Source of the DNA: Victivallales bacterium | GTDB taxonomy: Bacteria > Verrucomicrobiota > Lentisphaeria > Victivallales > SZUA-371 | Direction: 5' to 3' | Assembly (NCBI GenBank): GCA_016936495.1 | Contig: JAFGXT010000014.1 | Span: 27,035 to 91,034, forward strand | Length of the DNA stretch: 64,000 nucleotides | Shown here: piece by piece, positions 36,900 to 45,828 of the stretch | Numbering within the stretch: the first letter of the stretch is position 1 | Layout of the letters: each line of letters starts with the position of its first letter | The notes under the pieces: model-generated | What the model saw: only the letters and a program-made list of their open reading frames with translations | Databases searched by the model: none | What the model was told of the DNA's origin: nothing | Position numbers and translations under genes: made by a program

Positions 36900-37932
36900 C
36901 CAAATTTATCCTGTCTGCAATTATGAAAAGCGGGCGTTGTTTAACCTGATTGAAAATCTTTCCGATGTATATTCCCAACACCCCCTGAATTGAAATAATT
37001 ATTCCACCCAGAAACCATATTGAAAGGATTATGCTCATATACCCCATGACTTTTATGTATCCGGACATATATAGAATATAATACCATAATGCCACAAAAA
37101 ATGCGATCATAGAAATTATCAGCCCCATTCCCGCCGTTAATTTAAGAGGTTTATAAGAAAATGCTATGATGTTGTCCAGCGCCAGATCAATAAGTTTTTT
37201 CAGTGAATAAGATGACTTTCCATGTTCACGGCTCTGGTGCGTAACGGGAATCGCAGTTCTACGAAAACCTGTCCATTGAACCATTGCCGGAAAATATCTG
37301 ACACAATCGTGCATGGATATTATGGCTTTAATGACGCGATGGTTATAAATGCCAAAGTTAGCGATGGATGCGTCCTGATGCGTATCCGTCAGATAACTGA
37401 ATATCATATAAAAGCATTTTGAAGACAGACGCTTAAAAAAACTATCCTGGCGTATAAGGCGTTGAGCCAGAACAATGTCATAGCCATTTTTCGCCTCCTT
37501 GAAAAGTGCAGGAATCTCTTCCGGTCTGTCCTGAAGGTCACAGTCCATTACCACTATCCATTCTCCCGTGGCATATTCCAAGCCTGCGCTGATGGCATAA
37601 TGCTGCCCGAAATTGCGTGAAAAATTAATCCCTGCCACTCTGGAGTCCTTGCCGCACATTTCCGTGATAAGCTGCCAGGAGTTGTCCGGACTTGCATCGT
37701 TGACAAGAATCAGTTCGAAATCCTGAAATGGTTCCGCTGCTATGTCCTTTATCCGTCTGTAAAGCTCCAGCAGAAATAACTCGCCCCTGTACACTGGAAC
37801 AATAACTGAAAGTACATTTTTGCGATAATTATTCATGGACATCCATGTCTTTATTTTCTTGTTAATTGATGCTTGATCAATAAATAATTGAATAACAAGT
37901 TCTCTCTCCACGGCGTGGTTCGAAAGCATCAT
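36889..37932 (-). CDS. GT2 polyprenyl-phosphate glycosyltransferase (ArnC/GtrB/DPM1-like) with two C-terminal TM helices
   Basis: LSVIVPVYRGE, LVNDASPDNS, FSRNFGQHYAISAGL and VVMDCDLQDRPEEIP motifs, plus two C-terminal TM helices. The true start may be the internal MSMNN (about 37842). Confidence 0.85.
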   Translation of the reverse strand: MMLSNHAVERELVIQLFIDQASINKKIKTWMSMNNYRKNVLSVIVPVYRGELFLLELYRRIKDIAAEPFQDFELILVNDASPDNSWQLITEMCGKDSRVAGINFSRNFGQHYAISAGLEYATGEWIVVMDCDLQDRPEEIPALFKEAKNGYDIVLAQRLIRQDSFFKRLSSKCFYMIFSYLTDTHQDASIANFGIYNHRVIKAIISMHDCVRYFPAMVQWTGFRRTAIPVTHQSREHGKSSYSLKKLIDLALDNIIAFSYKPLKLTAGMGLIISMIAFFVALWYYILYMSGYIKVMGYMSIILSIWFLGGIIISIQGVLGIYIGKIFNQVKQRPLFIIADRINLDDK

Positions 37933-38202
37933 CCATTAAAAAGTACAACAAATAGACCGATAAATCAATGTGTACACACATTTATCTGTCAAATTAATCA
38001 TTCCATAGCGCGGCACTAATGGAATTTTTCTGGAATAACCACCGGGTGGGTGGCTGGTGGTATTCTGGTGGGATGAAAATGAAAGCTCAAAAAATAATAT
38101 TTGCTCAAGTTGCGGCATAGATTCGTGTGTGGGTTATTGTATTTTTCCGGGAATGTACTATTGTTAAAGCAGAGTGATTTGTTGTTTTAACGCAAAGGGG
38201 GT

Positions 38203-40650
38203 ATGATGTTTCCGGTTGAAGATCCGATCCTGATTTTTACAATATTGACACTTATAATATTTGCCGCTCCGCTGTTGGCTGAGCGCTGGCATATTCCTGA
38301 TCTGGTGTTGCTCCTTGCTGCCGGTGCGCTTATTGGTCCTAACGGATTGAATATAATGGAGCGCAGTCCGGCTATTATTCTGTTCGGTTCCATAGGCTTG
38401 ATATACATTATGTTCATCGCGGGGCTGGAAATAGATCTGAATCGTTTTATGCGTACCCGTAACCGTAGTGTGGCTTTTGGAGTGTTGACTTTTTCCATAC
38501 CCATGGTGATGGGGACGGCGGCGGGATTGTATCTGCTTGATTTCAGCTGGCCGGTATCTATACTTATGGCGAGTTTGTTCGCCTCTCATACGCTGCTGGC
38601 TTATCCGATTGCCAGTCGTTTTGGTATTTCCCGTACAGAACCAGTGATAATTACCGTCGGCGGTACCATCATCACAGATACTATGGCGTTGCTGGTGCTG
38701 GCGATTATCGTTGATTCAGCCAAAGGCGCTGACATGGGGGTGGGTTTCTGGGTGAGCATGGTGATGGGTATTGCCGGTTTGATGGCTTTGATCACACTGG
38801 GAGTGCCGAGGCTGACTAAGTGGTTTTTTCAGAATGTTACCGAGAGCGGCGGTGCTCAGTTTCTGTTTGTCCTGGGAGTGGTGTGCGGTTGCGCTTATTT
38901 GTCGCATTACGCCAAGATGGAACCGATTATCGGCGCGTTTCTGGTGGGGGCGGTGTTCAATCGACTTATCCCGGAACAGAGCACTTTGATGAATCGTTTG
39001 ATGTTTGTGGGTAATACTTTGTTTATACCGTTCTTCTTGATCTCAGTGGGAATGCTGGTGAACGTTGAGGCGCTGGTGGCTTCTCCCCGGGGGTGGCTCG
39101 TCGCCGGCGTCATGGTCGCCGCGGTGGTGGTCAGTAAATATATCGCCGCATGGGTTACCCGTAAGGTCTTCGGATACGGCGTGGAAGCCGGAAGAGTTAT
39201 TTTTGGTTTGAGTGTGATTCAGGCGGCCGCCACGCTGGCGGCGGTGATAGTAGGGTATGATCTTAAGATATTTGATGAATATGTGCTTAATGGCGCTATT
39301 GTGATGATTCTGGTAACTTGTCCGCTGGGGGCGTGGATGGTTCAACGTTACGGACGTAGTCTTGCCGGAGAAACCGAGCCCCGAGCTGAACGGGTGTCCA
39401 GTGCTCAGCGGATTCTGGTGTCTATCGTCAACCCCGATTTTTCCCTGCGTCTGCTTGATCTGTCTTTTCTTTTGCGTGATACGTCCAAAAATGGCAGTAT
39501 ATATCCGGTTACCATCGCCAGCGATATGGATGATATTGATGATTCCGTGGCGCGCGGCGAAAAACTTCTAACCAATTGTATCGCCGCCGGAGCTTCCGCG
39601 GATATAGAGGTGGTGCCTTCTGTCAGGGTCGATCTCAACCCGTCGGACGGGTTGGTCAGAGCTTCGCAGGAGTTGCGCGCTACTCAGGTGCTTGCCGGAT
39701 GGAGTGACCGACGCGCGCATGTTTTTGGCACGGTATCGACTAATCTGCTGAATTCGTGTCCTGTGAGATTGTTGTTCTGTCATTTAAATCATCCGGTGAA
39801 TCTGACTAAACGTTTGCTGCTGCCTTTTCCTTTATTGTCGGAAAGACGTACGGATCTGCGCGCGTTGTTACAGGACGCAAGACGGCTGACGGCTCAGATC
39901 GGCGCCCATTTGAGGGTGTATATTATCGGCGATGAGAAGCATATTCTCCGAAAGGAAGTCGAAAGTGCGCGTCCGAGCTGCCCGCTTACTATTATCACGG
40001 CTGAGACCTGGACTAAGTTGCAGACGGTTTTCCTTGAGGATATTTCCGAGGATGACATGGTTTTGATGCCTTGCGAGCGGCGCGACGGAATATTGTGGAC
40101 TCCGGTACTGGATAAACTTCAGGAGAAGATCTGCGTCGACTTTCCAGATATAAATCTCTTGTCCGCATATCCGCCGTTCCCGGATCATCAGGAAGATGTG
40201 CGCGAGTTGGAGGCAACCGTTATGGAAGGTCCACGGATATATCCGGCGGATATTCCTGGCGATATGGAATGTGAAGAAGCTTTGAGGTTGATGACTAATG
40301 GCGTTTTTGGTGATAATCCGGCAACGCTTGAAGATGTTAATGTTCTTTTGCTTAAGGCTATGAATTCTTATCCGTTGGAGATGACTTCCAAAATCGTCTT
40401 GCTGCATGCGCATAGCGAGAGAGTATCTGAACCCGTTATCATCATCGGACACGGACAACGACATTGGGAGTTCAGAAATCTTAAAGGCTCTTTCAATATT
40501 CTGCTGGTTCTGGTAAGTCCGAAATCCGCGCCGTCGGAGCAGCACCTTAAGACGCTTGCCGGGCTCGCGCGCCGTTTCCTTGATGCGGAATTGGCGGAAA
40601 AAGTACATCAGGCGGCTTCCGCCGGAGAGATATGCGCTCTGTTAAAGTGA
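38203..40650 (+). CDS. CPA2 cation:proton antiporter fused to a cytoplasmic region ending in a PTS EIIA type-2 (PtsN-like) domain
   Basis: The N-terminal ~390 aa form a Na+/H+ exchanger-type TM domain. The C-terminal KIVLLHAHSE...FNILLVLVSPKSAPSEQHLKTLAGLARRFLD aligns with PtsN GIAIPHGK...LLFALLVPADQTKTHLHTLSLVAKRLAD, including the phosphorylatable His. Confidence 0.85.
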   Translation: MMFPVEDPILIFTILTLIIFAAPLLAERWHIPDLVLLLAAGALIGPNGLNIMERSPAIILFGSIGLIYIMFIAGLEIDLNRFMRTRNRSVAFGVLTFSIPMVMGTAAGLYLLDFSWPVSILMASLFASHTLLAYPIASRFGISRTEPVIITVGGTIITDTMALLVLAIIVDSAKGADMGVGFWVSMVMGIAGLMALITLGVPRLTKWFFQNVTESGGAQFLFVLGVVCGCAYLSHYAKMEPIIGAFLVGAVFNRLIPEQSTLMNRLMFVGNTLFIPFFLISVGMLVNVEALVASPRGWLVAGVMVAAVVVSKYIAAWVTRKVFGYGVEAGRVIFGLSVIQAAATLAAVIVGYDLKIFDEYVLNGAIVMILVTCPLGAWMVQRYGRSLAGETEPRAERVSSAQRILVSIVNPDFSLRLLDLSFLLRDTSKNGSIYPVTIASDMDDIDDSVARGEKLLTNCIAAGASADIEVVPSVRVDLNPSDGLVRASQELRATQVLAGWSDRRAHVFGTVSTNLLNSCPVRLLFCHLNHPVNLTKRLLLPFPLLSERRTDLRALLQDARRLTAQIGAHLRVYIIGDEKHILRKEVESARPSCPLTIITAETWTKLQTVFLEDISEDDMVLMPCERRDGILWTPVLDKLQEKICVDFPDINLLSAYPPFPDHQEDVRELEATVMEGPRIYPADIPGDMECEEALRLMTNGVFGDNPATLEDVNVLLLKAMNSYPLEMTSKIVLLHAHSERVSEPVIIIGHGQRHWEFRNLKGSFNILLVLVSPKSAPSEQHLKTLAGLARRFLDAELAEKVHQAASAGEICALLK

Positions 40651-40712
40651 TACGCAATTGTTATGAGGGAGTTAAAACTTGTTACAAGTTGCGCAAAAAG
40701 TGCAAAGTTCTA

Positions 40713-40741
40713 TTGACACTTTCATTCAGATGTATTATTCT
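40713..40741 (+). promoter_or_regulatory. Candidate promoter of the glycogen operon
   Basis: TTGACA (40713-40718), 17-nt spacer, TATTCT (40736-40741). Confidence 0.35.
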
Positions 40742-40846
40742 TTACTAATATAATATTTTTTTAGCAGAAGTTTAATATGAGACCGGGAAATTCCGTGCGG
40801 ATTGCAGTCTGTCGGCGGATACGGTTTACGGGGGGATACGATTAGT

Positions 40847-43800
40847 ATGAGACAAACTCCATATCCGGGCGAGAGATTGATTTTGTTGCGCGGGGACGTT
40901 TTGACCTTTACGTTGGATTTGCACGAAGTTATAAGTGGACAGGCTTTTCTGCGCACCAATCTGGGGCGAGCCGCAGTCAAACGCAATGAAGTAATAGCGC
41001 ATACCGAAAAAAATAAGACCGTTCTGCATACCGATTGGCATGACCTGCCGATGACCCGGATGTCTCAGACCGAGTTCTCGCTGACTTTGCCCATGCTTGA
41101 GGTTGGAAGTTTTGAGGCTAAAGCCTGGTTTCAACCGGATGACGGCTCCAGAAATATCTGGGTGCGCGGGGAACACAATACCAGAATAAAAGTCGAACCC
41201 GCTGATATGGTCTGCTCCAATACCATTTATACTCTATTCACCCGGCAGTTCGGTCATAATAAAATGCACTCCGAACTCAGCGGCGAATCAAAAGGTGCAG
41301 TAGAACTTCTTGATGAACAGAATTACGCTGTGATCCCCCCTTCGGGTACTTTTAGAAGCGTAATTAAAGAACTTGATTTTATCATCGGTACTTTGCGCAG
41401 CCGGATAATCCAGTTGCTGCCTGTACACCCGACACCTACGGTATACGGCAGGATGGGACGCTATGGCAGTCCGTTTGCGTGTCTGGATTTCTTTTCGGTC
41501 GATCCCGCCTATGCTGAATTTGATACTCATGCTACTCCGCTGGAGCAGTTTCAGGAGTTGGTGGATGAGATTCATGCCCGCGATGCCAAGGTTTTTATCG
41601 ATATTCCGGTAAACCATACCGGCTGGGCTTCGCGTTTGCAGATGGAGCATCCGGAATGGTTCGTCCGTAAGGACAGCGGGGAATTTGTAAGTCCCGGCGC
41701 CTGGGGTACGGTTTGGGAGGATCTGTGCAAACTTGATTATAATAACGGTCAGGTTCACGCCCTCATGGCGGAGGTGTTCTTGTACTGGTGCCACCGGGGT
41801 ATCGACGGTTTTCGTTGTGACGCCGGCTATATGCTTCCCTATGAAGCCTGGCGATATATCACCGCCAGAGTGCGCAATCAGTATCCGGATACGGTATTCC
41901 TGCTGGAAGGATTGGGCGGGTTGGTCGAGGTCTCCGATCAACTGCTGGGCAAAGGCGGGCTTAACTGGGCTTATTCGGAGTTGTTTCAGAACTATGACCG
42001 CGATCAGATCAGCGCTTACCTGCCGCGGTCGATTGATTCCAGTATGAAAAATGGCGTCCATGTGCATTTTGCCGAGACGCATGATAATAATCGACTCGCT
42101 GCCCGTTCTCATAAATATTCAAGAATGAGAACCGCTCTGTGTGCCATGCTTTCACATAATGGCGCCTTCGGGATTACAAATGGCGTGGAATGGTTTGCCG
42201 AAGCCAAAGTTGACGTTCATGGCGCGGAACCACTCAATTGGGGAAATTGCGATAATCAAATAGAACTTATCCGAAGGCTTTATGCCATCATGGAAGTAAA
42301 TCCCGCTTTCTGGGCTGGCGCCGAACTCGAACTTATACAGAATGGCTCCGATAACTCTCTGGCTCTGCTTCGGGCGGTTCCCGATGATGGATTGATTTTG
42401 ATCCTGGCGAATCTGGATGATTCCAGATCCTGCCGCGTACAGTGGCCTCGATGCCGTTTTGAGGTAGACGATAATGACGTTTATGACCTTATTTCGGGCG
42501 AAAAAGTAGAGTTTGACGTTTATGGAGACAATATAAGCTGTGCGCTTAAACCCGCCGCGGTCATGTGCTTGTCCGATGATTTTAATGATCTTAGAGCAGT
42601 GGAGAACGCTTTGCAATCCTGCGGCTTGCCGGAGAGAATCGAAGTTCAGCGCCGCCGCTCGATAATCCTGGATATTATCAATGATTATCAGGGATACGGC
42701 GATGTGAGCGACTGGGATATTGATTCGCTCGCTGAACAGCTGGTCAGAGACCCGCTTGCCGTATGCCGCACAATTTTCCAATGTGATATGCCGCCGGTTG
42801 CCACTTGGCTCGACGGAGTAGACCAGAACCGTATGGTCATGGTGCCTGCCGGAGATTTGCTGCTGCTCCAATCGGAGTTTCCTTTCCATGCCGAGATAAA
42901 GTCGGACGGGATTACCGTTAGAACCGCTAACGGCATGAAAGCGGCGGACGATGGATATTTTGCGCTGGTTCCCGCAGTGCATGGTGCTTCCGAATGCAAG
43001 ATGTTTTTCAGCTCTTACAGTGACGCGGGTATTGTCCGTACTGAAAGTGATATTCTGTTTATGCACAATGATGTGGATGTTTTTAGATTTTCCTTTGATC
43101 AGGACGAAGTGCTGAAGCACGATCATTACGCTTTGTGTACCAATGAGTTGGGCGGAATGAGCCAGGTACGTGCCGCCTGGGGCGAAATACGCAGCAAATA
43201 TGACGCGTTTCTGGCCGGGAACCTCAATGCCGAAGTCCCCGTTGACCGTACGCTTATGTTTACATGCTGCCGCGCCTGGATGGTGTATAAGGATTATTCA
43301 CAGGAAATCAATCTGTCCTGCCTGGAACGCTTTAAGGCGGATGTGGACAATCGTGCCAAATGGCTTTTCTCTATTCCTGTAGGGCAGGGCAAGACGGTGG
43401 CGTTTGCCATCTCTCTGAAAATGTGTGAAGACGCTAATTTTATTTGTTTGAGCTTTGAGCGAAAACCAGCCTCGGCCGGAGATGACACCGTCCTAGAGGA
43501 CGAGCATCAGGTCAGACTGGTGGTCAGACCGGATATTGAAGACCGTTGCAATCACGAAGTGACTAAGGCTTTTCTAGGCGCGGAAGGGCGTTTCAGAGAG
43601 GCGTTGACGCCGGAACGTGACGGATTTATTTTCAGTCCCTCATTCCATCACTCACTGATATTACGTATCGATGAGGGGAAATTCGTGCCTGAACCGGAAT
43701 GGCGCTATATGGTAGAACTCCCGGTCGAAAGCGAACGTGGACTTGAAGCGCATACCGACCTTTTCAGCCCGGGGTATTTTGAATTCATGCTCAAAGGCGG

Positions 43801-45088
43801 CGAGTCAAAATGCCTGTCCGCCGAAATAAATTACGGCGCTCCTCATCAGAAACCTGAACTGCTGTGCGCTGACGTGCGTGAGGATATTCCCGATACTCTC
43901 CCGGCGGGCGAAGCTATGCGCAAAGCCATACGCCGCTTTATTGTGAAGCGCGATGACTCCCACAGTGTCATTGCCGGATACCCCTGGTTTCTTGACTGGG
44001 GACGCGATACCCTTATATGCCTGCGCGGTATGATATCCGCCGGTTATATGGACGAAGCCAGAGACATTATTAATGTCTTCGCCGGTTTCGAACGCTGCGG
44101 TACTCTGCCCAATATGATCCGGGGTAATGATGATTCCAATCGTGACACCAGTGACGCCCCGTTGTGGTTGTTCGTAGCGGTCAGAGACTACATCGCCGCC
44201 TCCGGTAACAATGAAATCATGCATATGGACTGCAAAGGCAGAGAACTTATTGATATTCTCATCTCAATAGCCGAAAATTATATTGCCGGAACCCCCAATG
44301 GTATCAAAATGGATCAGGCAAGCGCCCTGATATTCAGTCCTTCTCATTATACCTGGATGGATACCAATCATCCGGCAGGTACCCCCCGCGAGGGCTACCC
44401 GGTCGAGATTCAGGCACTGTGGTATAGTGCTCTGGAATTGCTGGCGGAACATAATCCTTCCGGCAGGTGGTCGGTGATGGCAGCTAAAGCTTCCGCGTCC
44501 ATACTCCGTTTGTATCGGATGGAAAACGGTTCATTGAGCGATTGCCTCCATGCCGCTCCTGGAATGCCTGCCGCGAGTGCTGCCGCTGACGACGCCTGCC
44601 GCTGCAACCAGTTGTTCGCGGTTACGCTCGGCGCGGTCAGAGATATGAAAACCGTGGTTGCGATTATCAATGCCTGTGAACAGTTGCTCGTGCCCGGCGG
44701 TATACGCAGTCTTGCCGACCGTCCGGTGAAATATCCTCTGCCGGTGTACCGTAATGAAGTGCTGCTCAATGATCCCGTTCGCCCTTTCTGGGGTCATTAT
44801 CAGGGCGATGAAGATACCAGAAGAAAACCCGCTTACCATAACGGTACCGCATGGTCGTGGCCTTTCCCGTCGTTCTGTGAAGCACTGGCTCTTACTGATG
44901 GTAACGAGGTCAGGGAGCGGGCTTTGGCTCTGCTGATGTCTGCTAAAAAGGTCATTGAAACCGGATGCCCCGGTCATACCCCGGAAATATTCGACGGCGC
45001 CACCCCTCATCTGTGGCGCGGATGCGGCGCGCAGGCGTGGGGAATAACCGAGTTGTACAGAGTATACAAGGTCCTTGGCGGTAAATAA
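40847..45088 (+). CDS. Large bifunctional-type glycogen debranching enzyme: GH13 alpha-amylase-family domain + amylo-alpha-1,6-glucosidase (GDE_C) domain
   Basis: GH13 regions VFIDIPVNHTG, GFRCDAGYM, FLLEGLGG and HFAETHDN. The C-terminal (alpha/alpha)6-type GDE_C blocks are IAGYPWFLDWGRDTLICLRGM and YHNGTAWSWP. ATG 40847 is preferred over TTG 40802. Confidence 0.8.
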   Translation: MRQTPYPGERLILLRGDVLTFTLDLHEVISGQAFLRTNLGRAAVKRNEVIAHTEKNKTVLHTDWHDLPMTRMSQTEFSLTLPMLEVGSFEAKAWFQPDDGSRNIWVRGEHNTRIKVEPADMVCSNTIYTLFTRQFGHNKMHSELSGESKGAVELLDEQNYAVIPPSGTFRSVIKELDFIIGTLRSRIIQLLPVHPTPTVYGRMGRYGSPFACLDFFSVDPAYAEFDTHATPLEQFQELVDEIHARDAKVFIDIPVNHTGWASRLQMEHPEWFVRKDSGEFVSPGAWGTVWEDLCKLDYNNGQVHALMAEVFLYWCHRGIDGFRCDAGYMLPYEAWRYITARVRNQYPDTVFLLEGLGGLVEVSDQLLGKGGLNWAYSELFQNYDRDQISAYLPRSIDSSMKNGVHVHFAETHDNNRLAARSHKYSRMRTALCAMLSHNGAFGITNGVEWFAEAKVDVHGAEPLNWGNCDNQIELIRRLYAIMEVNPAFWAGAELELIQNGSDNSLALLRAVPDDGLILILANLDDSRSCRVQWPRCRFEVDDNDVYDLISGEKVEFDVYGDNISCALKPAAVMCLSDDFNDLRAVENALQSCGLPERIEVQRRRSIILDIINDYQGYGDVSDWDIDSLAEQLVRDPLAVCRTIFQCDMPPVATWLDGVDQNRMVMVPAGDLLLLQSEFPFHAEIKSDGITVRTANGMKAADDGYFALVPAVHGASECKMFFSSYSDAGIVRTESDILFMHNDVDVFRFSFDQDEVLKHDHYALCTNELGGMSQVRAAWGEIRSKYDAFLAGNLNAEVPVDRTLMFTCCRAWMVYKDYSQEINLSCLERFKADVDNRAKWLFSIPVGQGKTVAFAISLKMCEDANFICLSFERKPASAGDDTVLEDEHQVRLVVRPDIEDRCNHEVTKAFLGAEGRFREALTPERDGFIFSPSFHHSLILRIDEGKFVPEPEWRYMVELPVESERGLEAHTDLFSPGYFEFMLKGGESKCLSAEINYGAPHQKPELLCADVREDIPDTLPAGEAMRKAIRRFIVKRDDSHSVIAGYPWFLDWGRDTLICLRGMISAGYMDEARDIINVFAGFERCGTLPNMIRGNDDSNRDTSDAPLWLFVAVRDYIAASGNNEIMHMDCKGRELIDILISIAENYIAGTPNGIKMDQASALIFSPSHYTWMDTNHPAGTPREGYPVEIQALWYSALELLAEHNPSGRWSVMAAKASASILRLYRMENGSLSDCLHAAPGMPAASAAADDACRCNQLFAVTLGAVRDMKTVVAIINACEQLLVPGGIRSLADRPVKYPLPVYRNEVLLNDPVRPFWGHYQGDEDTRRKPAYHNGTAWSWPFPSFCEALALTDGNEVRERALALLMSAKKVIETGCPGHTPEIFDGATPHLWRGCGAQAWGITELYRVYKVLGGK

Positions 45089-45261
45089 TAATATTTTAGT
45101 GAAAAATTAGTACAAATATAATATTTAAAGGTGGTTTTATTCACTTTTGAATCTATATTACACTGATATGGACTTATTTGGCTGTTTTTGCCCGAAAGTC
45201 CGGGGGTGTAAAAGTTTAAGGGGAGTGCTCTCCCGTAAAATAGTAAAAAAGGGGAAAAATT

Positions 45262-45582
45262 ATGACAAAAAAAACCGCAAGCAAAACAAGTGTATCTTCC
45301 GCTAAGGCAAGCACCGCCAGCAAAAAACGTGTTACTTTTGAGCTGAATGCAGAGCCCGGTATCAATGTCGCCATCGCCGGTTCTTTCAATGACTGGAAAT
45401 GCGATAAAAAGACACTTGTCGACAAGAACTCAGACGGCACCTACCGTTGTACTGTGATGCTGTCCCCTGGAACTTATGAATATAAGTTTTATATCAACGA
45501 CACCTGGTGCGTAGATCCCGCCAATCCGAATTTCACTCAGAATGAACTCGGAACTCTTAACAGTGTGATCGTTGTAGACTGA
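45262..45582 (+). CDS. Stand-alone CBM48 (AMPK-beta-like glycogen-binding) domain protein
   Basis: 106 aa. A Lys/Ser-rich tail is followed by VTFELNAEPGINVAIAGSFNDWKCD...DGTYRCTVMLSPGTYEYKFYINDTWCVDPANP, the classic CBM48/E-set pattern. Confidence 0.75.
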   Translation: MTKKTASKTSVSSAKASTASKKRVTFELNAEPGINVAIAGSFNDWKCDKKTLVDKNSDGTYRCTVMLSPGTYEYKFYINDTWCVDPANPNFTQNELGTLNSVIVVD

Positions 45583-45828
45583 GCTTCTTTAACTCATCTC
45601 CTGTCTGCCGGTCGATTAGTGCCGCTGACAGGATGAGTTGTGTGGGTGTACTGCCGCTGTAGTATTGGCGTCGCGGTCTGCGAGATTTGCATCCTGAATA
45701 CAGTGGTGTGGCAAAGTATGGTTTTTCCCGGGGGGAGATTAGAAGATTTTATTTCCGGAACGCCGGAAAAAGGCTCATATAATAAATTTTCACATGTAAA
45801 ATAAAACCATTCAGGTTTAGGGAAGTCT

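Noticed and set aside
37969-37978. 10-bp perfect palindrome tgtgtacaca between the GT2 operon and the antiporter gene
   Set aside because: It is short enough to occur by chance in 64 kb, and no second copy or adjacent regulator gene gives it meaning.
38033-38065. G-rich hairpin (gaataaccacc ... ggtggtattc, loop gggtgggtggct), considered as a possible ion riboswitch or G-quadruplex upstream of the CPA2 antiporter
   Set aside because: It has only a 10-bp bulged stem, no match to any riboswitch consensus I can recall, and G-runs mostly of length 2. It lies in a divergent promoter region, so the relevant strand is ambiguous. This is not enough to claim a regulatory RNA.
41288-43126. Two long minus-strand ORFs (274 and 324 aa) inside the debranching enzyme gene. 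Similar antisense ORFs occur at 1530-2174, 2190-2819, 28927-29733, 47638-48426, 49478-50104, 50993-51649 and 52246-52923.
   Set aside because: All of them overlap, on the opposite strand, genes with strong family signatures. None has an RBS or motif support. I treat them as shadow ORFs.
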